NCBI GenBank assembly: GCA_964106645.2
Contig: OZ067049.1
Length of the DNA stretch: 64,000 nucleotides
Reading direction: 5' to 3' (one strand)
Source: Podarcis pityusensis
Lineage: Eukaryota
The notes below the pieces were generated by a model. It saw nothing but the letters and a program-made list of their open reading frames with translations. It searched no databases and had not been told where the DNA came from. This document shows, in pieces, positions 1 through 11,400 of this stretch; the stretch's first letter is position 1, and each line of letters opens with the position of its first letter. A program made the translations under genes and the position numbers.

Positions 1-347
1 ATACTTGTCAGCTCTCAGATTAATAGGCAAAACAAAGGGTTGCAGTATAAAATATTGCTGCAGAGTGAAGTTGTGTTGAGGCAAGTGCTTTTGCAGGTAT
101 CTCAGGGAAAGGAAAGGCTGTCCCAGCTGTGGCCCATTTGTGTCAGTTTCAGACTGAGTTGTGATACTGCTCTTACCAATCATTGTATCTCATAATAAGC
201 ACCTGAGCCTGTTTGTTGCCATTAAACATGATGATTTAGCATGTAAACACAGGGAAAAAAGCATCTGAATGTTGACTCCAATTCAGTCATTGTGAATATC
301 CTCTGAAGCAGACTTGCCAGTATGGTGCCCATCAGATGTTATTAGAC

Positions 348-468
348 CAGGCATAGGCAAACTCGACCCTCCAGAGACTACAGTTCCCATCATCCCTGAC
401 CACTGGTCCTAGGGGTGATGGGAGTTGTAGTTCCAAAACATCTGGAGGGCCGAGTTTGCCTATGCCTG
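348..468. mobile_element. hAT-type MITE (hairpin)
   Basis: TIR CAGGCATAGGCAAACTCG; 8-bp TSD TATTAGAC. Confidence 0.85.
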
Positions 469-1220
469 TATTAGACTATTGTATCCACCCTGATCATTGA
501 CCTCTGCCTGCTGGGTTCCCTTCATTTTCTCACTTCTGGTGTGCTAATCTGCTGCAGACAATAGTGGACCTTGAAAGCTTGAAAGCCAGAGGCTTCATCA
601 CTTACCCCAATGCTACGGCAGATGACATAGTCGCTCCTGCTCTGCAAAAAGTCCTGTGCTGTGCTTCCTGCTCCCATTTCCCCTCCATTACATTTCTGAT
701 TCCCATCTGCTACATGATGACTGTCTCCATCAGGGAATCTAGAAATGAATGAGAAGAACAGAATGGGGTTTAATGCTGTTTCTCGCTCAAAAAGCTCACA
801 CATATGTGACGGATTTCTTCTTACCAATGCTTATTTGTATATTAAAAATTGTTTCTGGATTATTGTTATTATTAAAAGCATATCTTTCTTTTGCTTTTCG
901 TACTTGATGACGTTGTCACAGTGCCTGCAGCTGAGATAACACCGCCTGTCACATGTAGTAATGATGACTGTTAATAACATAGTGCTGAGCGCCATTGGCT
1001 CCCCCATGACCTCAAGCAACACTTCTCCGAATAAGGTTGGGTGGGTTTTGTTTTGTTTTGGGTTGTTTTTCGGCTAGGCCATGAATTTCCCTTTCTCTGA
1101 GTAAGAGACCGTGCCATGGGCACTTCTTTCACCTTTGCCACAGTCACCCCCAATATTATTTCTTTATAGGCATTTCTCTCACCCTTCACTATGCTGTTCA
1201 GGGCAGCTTACATATAGCTC

Positions 1221-2016
1221 TGTTGTTGTTGTTAAAGAATTTATTCATTTTCAATAACAATCTTCCAATTAATGATGAATTAAATCAAATCAATCCAAAT
1301 TACAATAATAACAATACACCAATTATATATTCCAATTATAAAAAAATTCTTGGGACTTCCCATGTTCCAGATGTCTGGAGATAGTCATCCTCATTCATTT
1401 TCTCTGTATTTTTGGTATTTTTCAAATTCAAAACTAATATTATCCATCCTTATTCTCAGTCTAATCAGCCGTTGTTTCTGTGACTTGCATCTTCTGTAGC
1501 AAAATTTTCATGTTGTTAACCCACAAGAGGCAGTTTGTTTAATCATTTTATTCTCTGTCCAATTATTTGGTTTTCAGTCCTCTTATCTCTCCTTTGTTCA
1601 TCAAGTTCTCATTAAAGGCGCTGGGCTTTGTTCCAAAAGTAAAGTTTATAAATGGCAAGTCAACAAATTCTCTCTGATGTCTTTTAATTAGCTGGTGTCC
1701 ATATAGGTCTGTATATATTGCTGTATTGTGGGACGTGTTTCCCAGCTGTATATTATATGAAAATTATTTAAATACCTCTGAGAACAAAAGGGCCCCCCAT
1801 CAAGCTCCTCCGGGCCTTAGAAGAGCTAGCAGGGATCCAGCACTCTCTGTCCTTCTGTCCACAATTTGTGTCCACAATCATGTATAAAAATAATCCATAC
1901 AGGTTGATATGTTTTAGAATGAAATACACCCCAAGAAGCTCTCTTCCATAAATATTCTTTCTTTTTTTTGTAACTGCACAATAATGATCGCCATTTTGTT
2001 TCCGTCTTCAGCTCGA
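1221..2016 (-). mobile_element. Non-autonomous L1-like retroelement
   Basis: 23-bp TSD TCAGGGCAGCTTACATATAGCTC (1198-1220, 2017-2039); minus-strand AATAAA and A-rich tail at the left end. Confidence 0.6.
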
Positions 2017-2755
2017 TCAGGGCAGCTTACATATAGCTCAATACACGGAACCCATTTAATACTTGGGGGTCATCCACACTTGTCCCACTCCCACAGGTGT
2101 GCTTTGACCTGATGTTAAAATCTATACATTGAAGAGGCCAGATGCACCTTGGAAGGGAGGACATTCCATAACCTGAGACCCACTACAGAGAAGGCTATCT
2201 CATGAACTGCCACCCTATAATCTTCACAGGGCAATGGAGCTCTCTATGGGGAGAGGCATTCCTTTCTATATTTGGGGCCCAAGCCATTCAGGGCTTTGTA
2301 TGTCAGCATAAGCACCTTGAATTGCCCCTGAAGCACACAGGCAACCAGTGAAGGTCTTTAGGAACTGGTGCAATAGGTAGCCAGCTATGTGTTCATAAGT
2401 ATTTAATAACCTAAGCAAGAGAAAGCAGAGATGAAATGGTACATTGTCCAACATCTAGAAGGCAAGGAGTGAATATACTGAAGTGTTAAAGTTACACACT
2501 CCAGGTTATGCAGATCAAAAACAAACCAAAGACAAAACTGGCCACAGTCTCTTGAAACTAAACCTTGTGAGTAAAATTTCAGCTAATACTGGATACCTAT
2601 AAGTCCATAGTCCTGATGTTTGTCCATTATATCAGGGCAGGACAACCCTAATATTGTGTGTGGGAGAGGCCCATCATCTCATCCAGAGACCTGCCAGGTC
2701 CCTCTAAACCAGGGGTGTGCATGTGACTGGTTTCTCTTCCCTGCTCCCAGCTGCT

Positions 2756-2757
<2 letters not shown>

Positions 2758-2806
<49 letters not shown>
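2758..2806. repeat. (GTT)n microsatellite
   Basis: Perfect triplet run. Confidence 0.95.
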
Positions 2807-2807
<1 letters not shown>

Positions 2808-3881
2808 AATATTCCTTTCCCCATTCACACCTGTGGAAGGGAAAATGTCTATTCCAGCTCCAGGCTGGCATAGCTTAGGGGCCTGATCCATGGGCATGTC
2901 AGGGGAGCAAGGGGGGTTGAATCCCAAGTCATTCTTTATTAGATGAAACACCCTGTTTCATCTCTTCGCACTGGCAGGACCTTTGGAGCAGGGATGCGCC
3001 TTGCTGGCAGAACTCCTCTCTGTCATCAGATAGGCCATTCTGCCTCATACCAGCTCTTCTTATCCAGTCTTTCATAGGGATCGCTCTGTAAATCATTAGC
3101 TAGTTAATTAGCTGTACAGCAGCATTCTCTGCATATGTTTCTTATAATTAAGTGCTACAAATTCCACTAGGAGTTAGTTCCAAGTGAATGGAACATATTA
3201 ATGGAACTTTAGATACTTTTAGGAATATTTTGTGGGGGGAAAAACATTTTGTTGACACTTTTAAAAAATGTAACATTTATTTATCAATTATATCATCAGT
3301 GTTTGTGGTTTTATATACGGGGTAACAAATATATCTAGTAAAGGAGAGGGTTTTTTTAAAAATAGCATTTCCTGCCATCAATGCTTTAGTGCTGAAATGT
3401 AGACTATTGAATGATGCCTATTTAAATTATAGCATCTCTTTGCTTACATGCAGAAATATTGTTCGGTAAGCAAACCATTTTGTGTAGCCTCTCCAAACCT
3501 CTGCAGCCTGAGAAGAGTCTAGTTTGGGTGGGTGAAGTTATCTGGAAATATGCAAACGCACTTCTAATCTTCCTTGGCCATGTGTTTCTGAGTGAAGCTG
3601 CAAGTACTCAAATTCCAAGGCTACCGTATTTCTTTAGACTCCCCCAGCTCTTGTGTGTCGCTGAGATAGTGCTCACATGCTTTCGTTGCCTGGGGCTCCT
3701 GACTCTAGAAATGTTGAACATTTTTGTCATTGTTTGGCAATTAAAAAAAAAGAAAAGAGGGAGGGATAAATGCACTGTCACACTGTTCAGATGTCAAATC
3801 TAGAAGGCATATTAGCCTAATGGCGATTTTGATCCAAACGTTTTTGCTTTATATCTACCCTTTAAACAAATTGTTTTGCAG

Positions 3882-3947
3882 ATTTGTAAAGCTACCCAAA
3901 TATTTACTTTTAGAAAATGTCAAAGGCTTTGAAACATCTTCTGCCAG
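3882..3947 (+). pseudogene. TRDMT1: TRDMT1 exon 5 remnant (motif VI, ENV)
   Basis: (R)FVKLPKYLLLENVKGFETSSA(R); CAG acceptor intact, donor reads GCATGG. Confidence 0.9.
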
Positions 3948-4843
3948 GCATGGTGGAATTACACTTCTTTTCTAATTTGCTGGCAAGCTGGAGGGGTGGG
4001 AGAGAATCAGTTGAAAAATAACAAAAAGGTATTTTCAGGCTGAAAAATGCTGTTTCCTGGGGACAGAATTGACATAGAAAATAACAGAAGATCTGCGCTG
4101 GAAAGATGCTTGGTGGTCTTCCAGTCCAAGAGCGACTACCCTGTTGTCTCCCAGATGTTGTGTGACTCTCATCTGCCCCAGCCAGTATGGCCAAAGGCCA
4201 GGTTTGATGGAAGCTGTTAACCACCCTGATGCAATCCTTCCTAAATCCAACAGTCATGCAATTATATTTGACTTTCAACCATGGATGCTACCCCAAGATG
4301 ACAGGATATATGGATAAGGTACATAACTCAAATTCCAGACTCAAAAGCTTTTCGTGGTGGATTGTAGTGGTCAGCGGAGGCTGGTGAAGCAGCCTCTATA
4401 ATTCTAGATTCACAATCACCACCAGGAAATTTTAGGACATCTTATGCTATTAATGTTTTTTTAAATATATTCTGAAACTTGTGTTTCTAGGGAAGGACAT
4501 ACAATATTGGCTTTCATTTAAAATTCAGCACTAAATCCTGACCCAGTAATGTGAAGAAGATGCTGCAGAGATGTTATCCTTCCACTTTCTCTTAAGCAGA
4601 TAAGAATAACCCTGCTGGATCAGACCAAAGGCCTATCTCCTTCAGTATCCTGCTCTCACCCAGCATTTTTCCCACAGGCCATAAAGGTTAGGGATGTAAT
4701 CGGGACAGAAAGGAAAAACAGAAGGCTGAACTAAAGCATAACAGTTTATCAGCAGAAAGTGTGTTAATACATATAGCACGACCTGGGCATTTAACTTGCC
4801 ATAGTGCAATTTGTGTTTTGATTTTTTAAAAATGTATTGCCAG

Positions 4844-4912
4844 AGGTGAATTCATACGGACACTGGAAAACTGTGGATTTACATATGAAGAATTTTCTTG
4901 TCTCCAATTTGC
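4844..4912 (+). pseudogene. TRDMT1: TRDMT1 exon 6 remnant
   Basis: GEFIRTLENCGFTYEEF, then a 1-nt deletion before (L)LSPIC. Donor reads ATGAGT; the shifted frame hits TGA at 4914-4916. Confidence 0.87.
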
Positions 4913-4948
4913 ATGAGTAACGTCATAATCAAAAAGACCTCTTTGCAA

Positions 4949-5243
4949 GGAAGAGACAACAGTGAATTTAAAAAAGATTGGAAGGACTTTATTGAATATA
5001 TACAGAAGCAATGTTAAGGTTAATACATTAGCAGGATTTTAGAAATACTTGTAATGACATTATGAATGGACAATAAGTAATTTCAATGATTTTTCAATTT
5101 AAAATGGACATGCGGTATGGTGATAAACAATGGAACCAGGGAAGGAACTAGGGGGAAGTCAATTTTTTCTCTTTTCATGTTTGATTATGAAGATGGACTG
5201 TTGTTGGGGTTTTTGGGGGGAAATTATAAAATATTATTTTTTT
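4949..5243 (+). mobile_element. 5'-truncated L1-clade LINE 3' end
   Basis: 16-bp TSD AAAG(A/T)CCTCTTTGCAA (4933-4948, 5244-5259); resembles the L1-like tail at 20328-20734. Confidence 0.6.
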
Positions 5244-5390
5244 AAAGTCCTCTTTGCAAATAAATCGAATCACATAATATATCATTTGGAGTAGCCCTGC
5301 AATGACTGCCAAAGAACTAGTGTGTTTCTCTTAAGCTCAGAATAGAGAAAATTTCTTTAATTGCTTGCACATTTTTGTTGGTATTGCTTG

Positions 5391-5742
5391 GTATTGACAA
5401 GATTTCCTGAGCTCAGAGCCAGCAGATTCAGAGGTGTCCAAAGGCCCTACAGACTTGGCAGAACACAGCTCCTCAGAGCCTACGAAAGAGCCAGACTCTG
5501 GTTATGACAATGATGGCAGACAACACCCACAGAAGGAGGACTTTCTTTTCAAGCTCAAAACAGTGGGAGAACTGGAAAGCGGACAATGACTTCTCTTTGC
5601 AAATGCTGAAAGAGGACCTCCAAGATTATGTGATGGAAGCCCTGAGTCAGTACTTCCTGCCAGGAAAGTTATTACTGCATTACGCTGTTTTTCTAGACAT
5701 TGTTCCACCCTCTTGCAGAAGATCTACGTGCTTCATAAAAGG
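5391..5742 (+). pseudogene. TRDMT1: TRDMT1 exon 8 remnant (variable region and CFT motif)
   Basis: VLTRFPEL / ...KEDFLFKLKTVGELE / DNDFSLQMLKEDLQD...QYFLPGKLLLHYAVFLDIVPPSCRRSTCFIKG lie in three different frames. Acceptor reads TTG; donor GG|GTAAGC intact. Confidence 0.88.
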
Positions 5743-6391
5743 GTAAGCCTCTCAGAAAAGAAGTGTTGGTGAATATTATTCTCATATTAGAATACAATAT
5801 TTTCTTTGTATTTTTTCTTTTTCTTTTTAAAAAAGCTAGCCAACAAACCAGACTATTCTGGAACATATTTTTCCTAACTGCATTTTTCCTGATCTAATAA
5901 AAAAGAATTGACTAGCCTGTGGGAACATCCAGCCCTAAACAGTGCTCACAAAGGACAATGCTGAATGGCTTTCAAAGAAACGTGGCTGTCCCTTATAAGA
6001 GCGAAGCCACGCTATGAGTTGCTGGCGAAATCATTTGTTCATGCACTTCATATGGTTTCTTCAAGACAACGATGCATTATGCAGAGTGATGTATCTAGCC
6101 CTCATTAAACTGCCACTGCTTCTCAGCTTGTTCAATATCATAAATGTCAACTATGTCCAACTATCTCTAGTTCAATATAGGAAGGATTCCAAATGCCAGC
6201 TTCCTCAGTGATGGCAGCTGCATTCTGAGAGGCAAAACAGGAAGTGCCTCATGGAGAAAAATATAAATCACAGTTGCATTGTTGAATCACATCAATTGCT
6301 GCACAGTCCAGTATCCTGTTTCCAATAGTGGCATTTCACTTGTGGCATGTTATATCCCCCTGGAAACGCACATGTTTATTCCACAAATATG

Positions 6392-6423
<32 letters not shown>

Positions 6424-6428
<5 letters not shown>

Positions 6429-6661
6429 GTACCTCGGGTTACATACGCTTCAGGTTACAAACACTTCAGGTTACAGACTCTGCTAACCCAGAAATAGTGT
6501 TTCAGATTAAGAACTTTGCTTCAGGATGAGAACAGAAATTGTGCTCCGGCGGCACAGCAGCAGCGGGAGGCCCCATTAGCTAAAGTGGTGCTTCAGGTTA
6601 AGAACAGTTTCAGGTTAAGAACAGACCTCCGGAACGAATTAAGTACTTAACCTGAGGTACC

Positions 6662-6665
<4 letters not shown>
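6424..6665. mobile_element. Tc1/mariner (Tigger-like) MITE
   Basis: TIR CA(C/G)TGGTACCTC.GGTTA; same family at 13134-13372 and 27878-28119. Confidence 0.8.
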
Positions 6666-6695
<30 letters not shown>

Positions 6696-8242
6696 ACATC
6701 TAAGCATAGGATAATTTCTGGAGACAATAAAACTGGTTTTGTACAGTGGCTCTCCACCCTCCTGCTATTGATCTTGCAACAGTGATGGAGAGAGATGATG
6801 TCCCTCTGTCAGTCATCTGGCTTCACCATGACACCAGGCGAAGCATTTTCCTTTGCCCAACTCAAACGGGACTGGCAAGGAAAGCGAGGTTGGCAGTTGC
6901 TGCCAACCAGCAGTAGCAGCTGCAGACCCTGGTTTCTTTGTGCCATTGGAATTGAAAGATGAGGATTTCCAATCAGCTGATCAATACTTGCAGCAAGCAC
7001 CACTTTGCTCTGGGATAGGCTGCACTACAGTGTTCCCAGGAGTTGCAACCTCGTCCCATCCCCCCATATCTGTTTGTTTTATTTGCAGAGTCAATTGCTG
7101 TCTAGGACAGTAATTTAAACTCTTGTGGAATTCCATGTGTCATGCAGTGTGGTCTTTGCTGGAGTTCCTAGGTGACCACAGCCTTCAATATATACACTAA
7201 GCATTTTGCACTCCAAGTAGCATTGATGAAACAGTTTGCTAGCTACTCACTGTACAGATTCCACCCCTCCTCATCCCAGTGCAAACATTTACCTTCCTCT
7301 CCCCAGCATGCACCTTTTTAAATGTTTCTATTGTTATATGCTTTTGTTATATGGGCAAGAGATCTAAAGTGCGCTTTCTAAAACTGCCTCTTTCCTCAGC
7401 CAGTTCTTCCAGAATGGTTATCAAGGAAATCAAGCCCATTTCTTAGATCCTTGTTCTATAATTAACATTAAATGACAGCCTGCAAGAGACTTCTGTTTAC
7501 ACAGAAAACCTCATTGAATCTAGAAAAGGCATAGCATCATTAAAAAAAATTGCTGGACTCTCATTGTTAAGTGTAGGCATTTGTGTATGTGTGTGTGTGT
7601 CCTTTTGAAATAAACATGCTCAACATTAAGTTGAAAGTACTGATTAAAAACAACATCTGGTTGAGTTCATTGCTCTGGGTCTTTTTTGAAATAAAACCAT
7701 ATGTCTTTTACTAATGGTTCTGTCTGAATATCAGTGAGCCCAAACTTCTGAAGTGGCCCTGCTTTCTGTACATACAATAGGAAATGCATTTAGTACATCC
7801 AATGAAGAATCTGTGGACATTTAGCCACCGATTTCAGCAGGGCATGGCTGCCATTCAGGAGAAGCATGAATCACACAAGCACAGAAGAGTCGAGTGCACA
7901 CTGTATTTTTCATTTTAGCAATTGCCCATAAAACTGTTTTTTAGAAAACTGAAAGGGAGGAAATGAAGCAAACACTACAGGAAATTCCTGGCTCTGAGTA
8001 CAAGCTGGGCAACGGGGAATATATACCCTCTTTGGATTGATTGCATTGTATGGTCTTCTATTTTTAAAATTCATACTGGCTAATTTTCCAATCCCCCATA
8101 TCATCTGCATTCAATAATAATGTTTTGTGCAGATTCTTTCATTAGGCTGTTGTGAGCACTGCCCTTTTAACCCCTGCACGCAATCAGTACTGGAAATCTC
8201 ACAGGAATCTTAATACCTTGCCCTAAATTGATTTTTAAAATG

Positions 8243-8300
8243 GTATGGTCCCTATATAGAAGGAACTGGCTCAGTGTTACAGACAGCAGAGAATATTCAG
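8243..8300 (+). pseudogene. TRDMT1: TRDMT1 exon 9 remnant
   Basis: YGPYIEGTGSVLQTAENIQ, 58 nt; acceptor reads ATG instead of AG; donor GTAAAG intact. Confidence 0.9.
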
Positions 8301-10904
8301 GTAAAGTAGCCTCATTTATAGGTTCCTAGATTAATTTTAAGGTGTATTTAGGTGTGTTTTCACTGCATTAGTTAGTCTGGGGATATAAGCAGCAAAACAC
8401 TTGACAGAAATAAACCTGGAATCCCAGATTTCATCAAATACAAATGTGGATATGTGCAGTCAATTCCAGGTATATTGTTTGCAAGAGTGTGAACATCTCA
8501 CTTGCAGGGAAGCATGCAAGAGCCCTTAATTTTCTGCAGTTGTAAAATAGAGGTTACATTATGATAGAATGTAAGAATAACACATGGCCTTTCACCCTGG
8601 AATAGACTACTTAAACACAAAAAAGCATGTTCCACCCTCAATCTGATTATCTTAATATTATCCATTGAAGTTCTCATTAAACTGCTCCCAGGGAGAGCAT
8701 TGGTCCTAGTCATTCTTGGGCAGCTATTGAGGCCTATGTGTCCTGATACTACAGCTCACCAGCACAGCTGCACTGATACAGAGCTGGGAAGCCTTTTTTT
8801 GCTTCTCATGGGCCAACTCTGACAGGTGAGAAAGACAACCCACCTGAGAGTCACATGACATCATTATGATGTCACAGGGTTGACAGACAGGTGTGCTTTC
8901 CACTTATTAAAATCTTTACACAAGTATTGCAGAAACGATGGAGAGTGGGAGAGGAAGAAAGGGTAGTTTTGCAAGCAAAAGCAACGGAGGAGACTTCTGG
9001 AGCTCTGCCTTTTCTTGCAAAATGCTCCAAAACACACCCTAGATATCCAGAACACACCTTTCTTCCTTTCCGAACTAGGGTGAAGGGAGAAATGAGTGTT
9101 TGCAAAACAACCGCTTCTCTCTCCCTGCCTCCAAGCCAAAAACACAACCCGGAGATCTGTTACTTTCAATATGCTCTCCCACAGCCAAGTTTGAAAAGGA
9201 AGAAATATATTGGATATCTAGACTATGTTTTGGATCTGTGATGGGGCAGGGGGAGGAGAAAGGAGCCTTTTGCCAGCAAATGCAGTGGAGAAGGCTTCTT
9301 CTGAATACTCTGCCTTCACTTGCAGAACGCTTTCTTCCTTTCTCCTGATGCTCAGGGACATTTTTTGACTTGCCTTGACTGCCTTCTTTGGCTCTGTTCT
9401 CCAAGCACATCTTAACATAGGGCGGCGCAGGAGGGGAGGTAGAGGGTCATGTGCTGCACAGACAACAGGTGGTATTCAGTGCAAGTCCTACTCAGAGTAA
9501 GTCCATTGAAAGTATTGAACCTAAGTTAATCATACCCATTAACTTCAGTGGGTCTACTCTGTGTAGGATTAGCCTTGAAAAGCATCCAAATAGCTTTCCC
9601 CTAATATTCCTGGACCCTCGTGGTTGCTTGAATGAAAACCTTGGCCTTTTGTGGCACTGCTGCTTGGTCAACCTCTTCCTATCCATTTCACAACCCAGAA
9701 TCCAATGGGCCTGTGGCAGTAGAGTTTCAGCTCAGCTCCCCTAAAGGCTCCTTCAAGGAGTGTTGTTGTGGCAAATGTGGCATGAAATTAATTGCTAAAG
9801 AAGTAGTGTACAAATGTAAGAATTATGTAAAGTGATTGTCTACCCAGAGCAGTTAACTTGTATGTTTTTTCACAGCTTGATGGGAGTTGTAGTCCAAAAC
9901 ATCTGGGGGGGCACCTGTTGGGGAGGGCTGTTATATACTAACAGTGAGCTCATTCTCTGAGTGCGGAACCTTATGTGGCCAATTGGAACAATAACTGTAG
10001 CTATAGATGACTGGCCACTCTGCAGTACCTTTTAAAATCCATGAAGTTGTCCATAATCACAATTCATAGTCTCGTTGGCTATTAAGGATGGATTTATTGG
10101 TCCTCCTTTCTTCTGGATACAGGAGAAGCAGCTCTGATGTGGAGTCATAAACTCTTCTAATTGTTTTATCATCATTAATATAATAGGTCTCCAAAGATTG
10201 CTGAAACAACATCATTATTGACCAGGATGTTCTTGCACCTGCGACTAGCTTTCAGAAGGATGACATCAGATTAGTCAGAAGGTTTTTCTGCTCCTGAACA
10301 TAAGACAAGAGAGTAGGGAAGTGAGGTGCAGGAATGATTGGTTGACAAGCAGGCTCGAGAGAGGATTACTTCACTTTTCCACTTGCAAACAAGGGATGCT
10401 TCAGAGCGTAGCATTTAGGACTTGAGCCACTTGAGTCTAGTTTCTCTGCAGGTCACTGGGCATGGATAAAAGCGGAGAAAAATTACTCCAAACTAGGCAA
10501 ACATATTCTTTGCCAAGCAGCCGTGAGAAGGCAAAGCAAGACAAGTTGTTCCCTAAATGGGAACACTCTGAAGAGAGCCACTTTTCAGTGTTGCAAATTT
10601 TACTGCTGGACAGTTGGTAAAATCAATATCAAGAAGCGTTGTGGGCCTAATTGTAGTACATGCTGGATTTCTATTTTTTATGGATCAGGTCCTATAGAGG
10701 TCATGTGCATTGGGTATTAGACATCAGGAATTCCAAAACAGAGAGACGTTGGCCACAGAAGTTTAAGGTCCAGTGAAGGGACTGGATACAGTGCATGTTA
10801 TACATGTCAAATCAGAAGAAAGTCCAATTGATGTACTTCTGAGTAGAGGACTGCACTGCGGGACATATGTAGTCAAATAACCAATTTTTAATGCACTTAA
10901 TAGC

Positions 10905-11400
10905 ATCTTAAAAAGCAGAGGCATCACCTTGCCAACAAAGGTCAGTATAGTTAAAGCTATGGTTTTCCCAGTAGTGATGTATGGAAGTGAGAGCTGGACC
11001 GTAAAGAAGGTTGATCGCCGAAGAATTGATGCTTTTGAATTATGGTGCTGGAGGAGACTCTTGAGAGTCCTGTGGACTGCAAGAAGATCAAACCTATCCA
11101 TTCTGAAGGAAATCAGCCCTGAGTGCTCACTGGAAGGACAGATCGTGAAGCTGAGGCTCCAATACTTTGGCCACCTCATGAGAAGAGAAGACTCCCTGGA
11201 AAAGACCCTGATGTTGGGAAAGATGGAGGGCACAAGGAGAAGGGGGCGACAGAGGACAAGATGGTTGGACAGCGTTCTCGAAGCTACCAGCATGAATTTG
11301 ACCAAACTGCGGGAGGCAGTGGAAGACAGGAGTGCCTGGCGTGCACTGGTCCATGGGGTCACGAAGAGTCGGACACGACTAAATGACTAAACAACAACAA
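10905..11400 (+). mobile_element. Bov-B/RTE LINE, 5'-truncated 3' end
   Basis: ORF 10929-11390 ...VMYGSESWT...RIDAFELWCWRRLL...HGVTKSRTRLND; (ACA)n tail. Confidence 0.92.

Larger units (their letters stand above)
3882..8300 (+). pseudogene. TRDMT1: Decayed TRDMT1/DNMT2 (tRNA cytosine-38 C5-methyltransferase) exon remnants
   Basis: Four collinear segments match DNMT2 exons 5, 6, 8 and 9 (LLENVKGFE; LENCGF.Y.EF; LDIVPPSCRRSTCFIKG; YG.YIEGTGSVLQTAE). Position upstream of CUBN on the same strand matches known synteny. Multiple frameshifts and splice-site lesions. Confidence 0.88.

Noticed and set aside
2620-2951. Poly-Val/poly-Thr ORFs (also poly-Lys/Leu near 32721-33038 and poly-Asn near 31042, 34669, 57361)
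   Set aside because: The homopolymer tracts are translations of microsatellites.
3608-3640. AATTCCAAGGCTACCGTATTTC resembles TRDMT1 exon 7 (NSRLRYF)
   Set aside because: Out of order (upstream of exon 5), needs an indel, and has no flanking homology or splice sites; likely chance.
5504-5746. 80-aa ORF as an intact small gene
   Set aside because: It is only the last reading frame of the broken TRDMT1 exon 8 and runs into the donor site.
10763-11362. 199-aa minus-strand ORF
   Set aside because: Antisense shadow of the Bov-B ORF.
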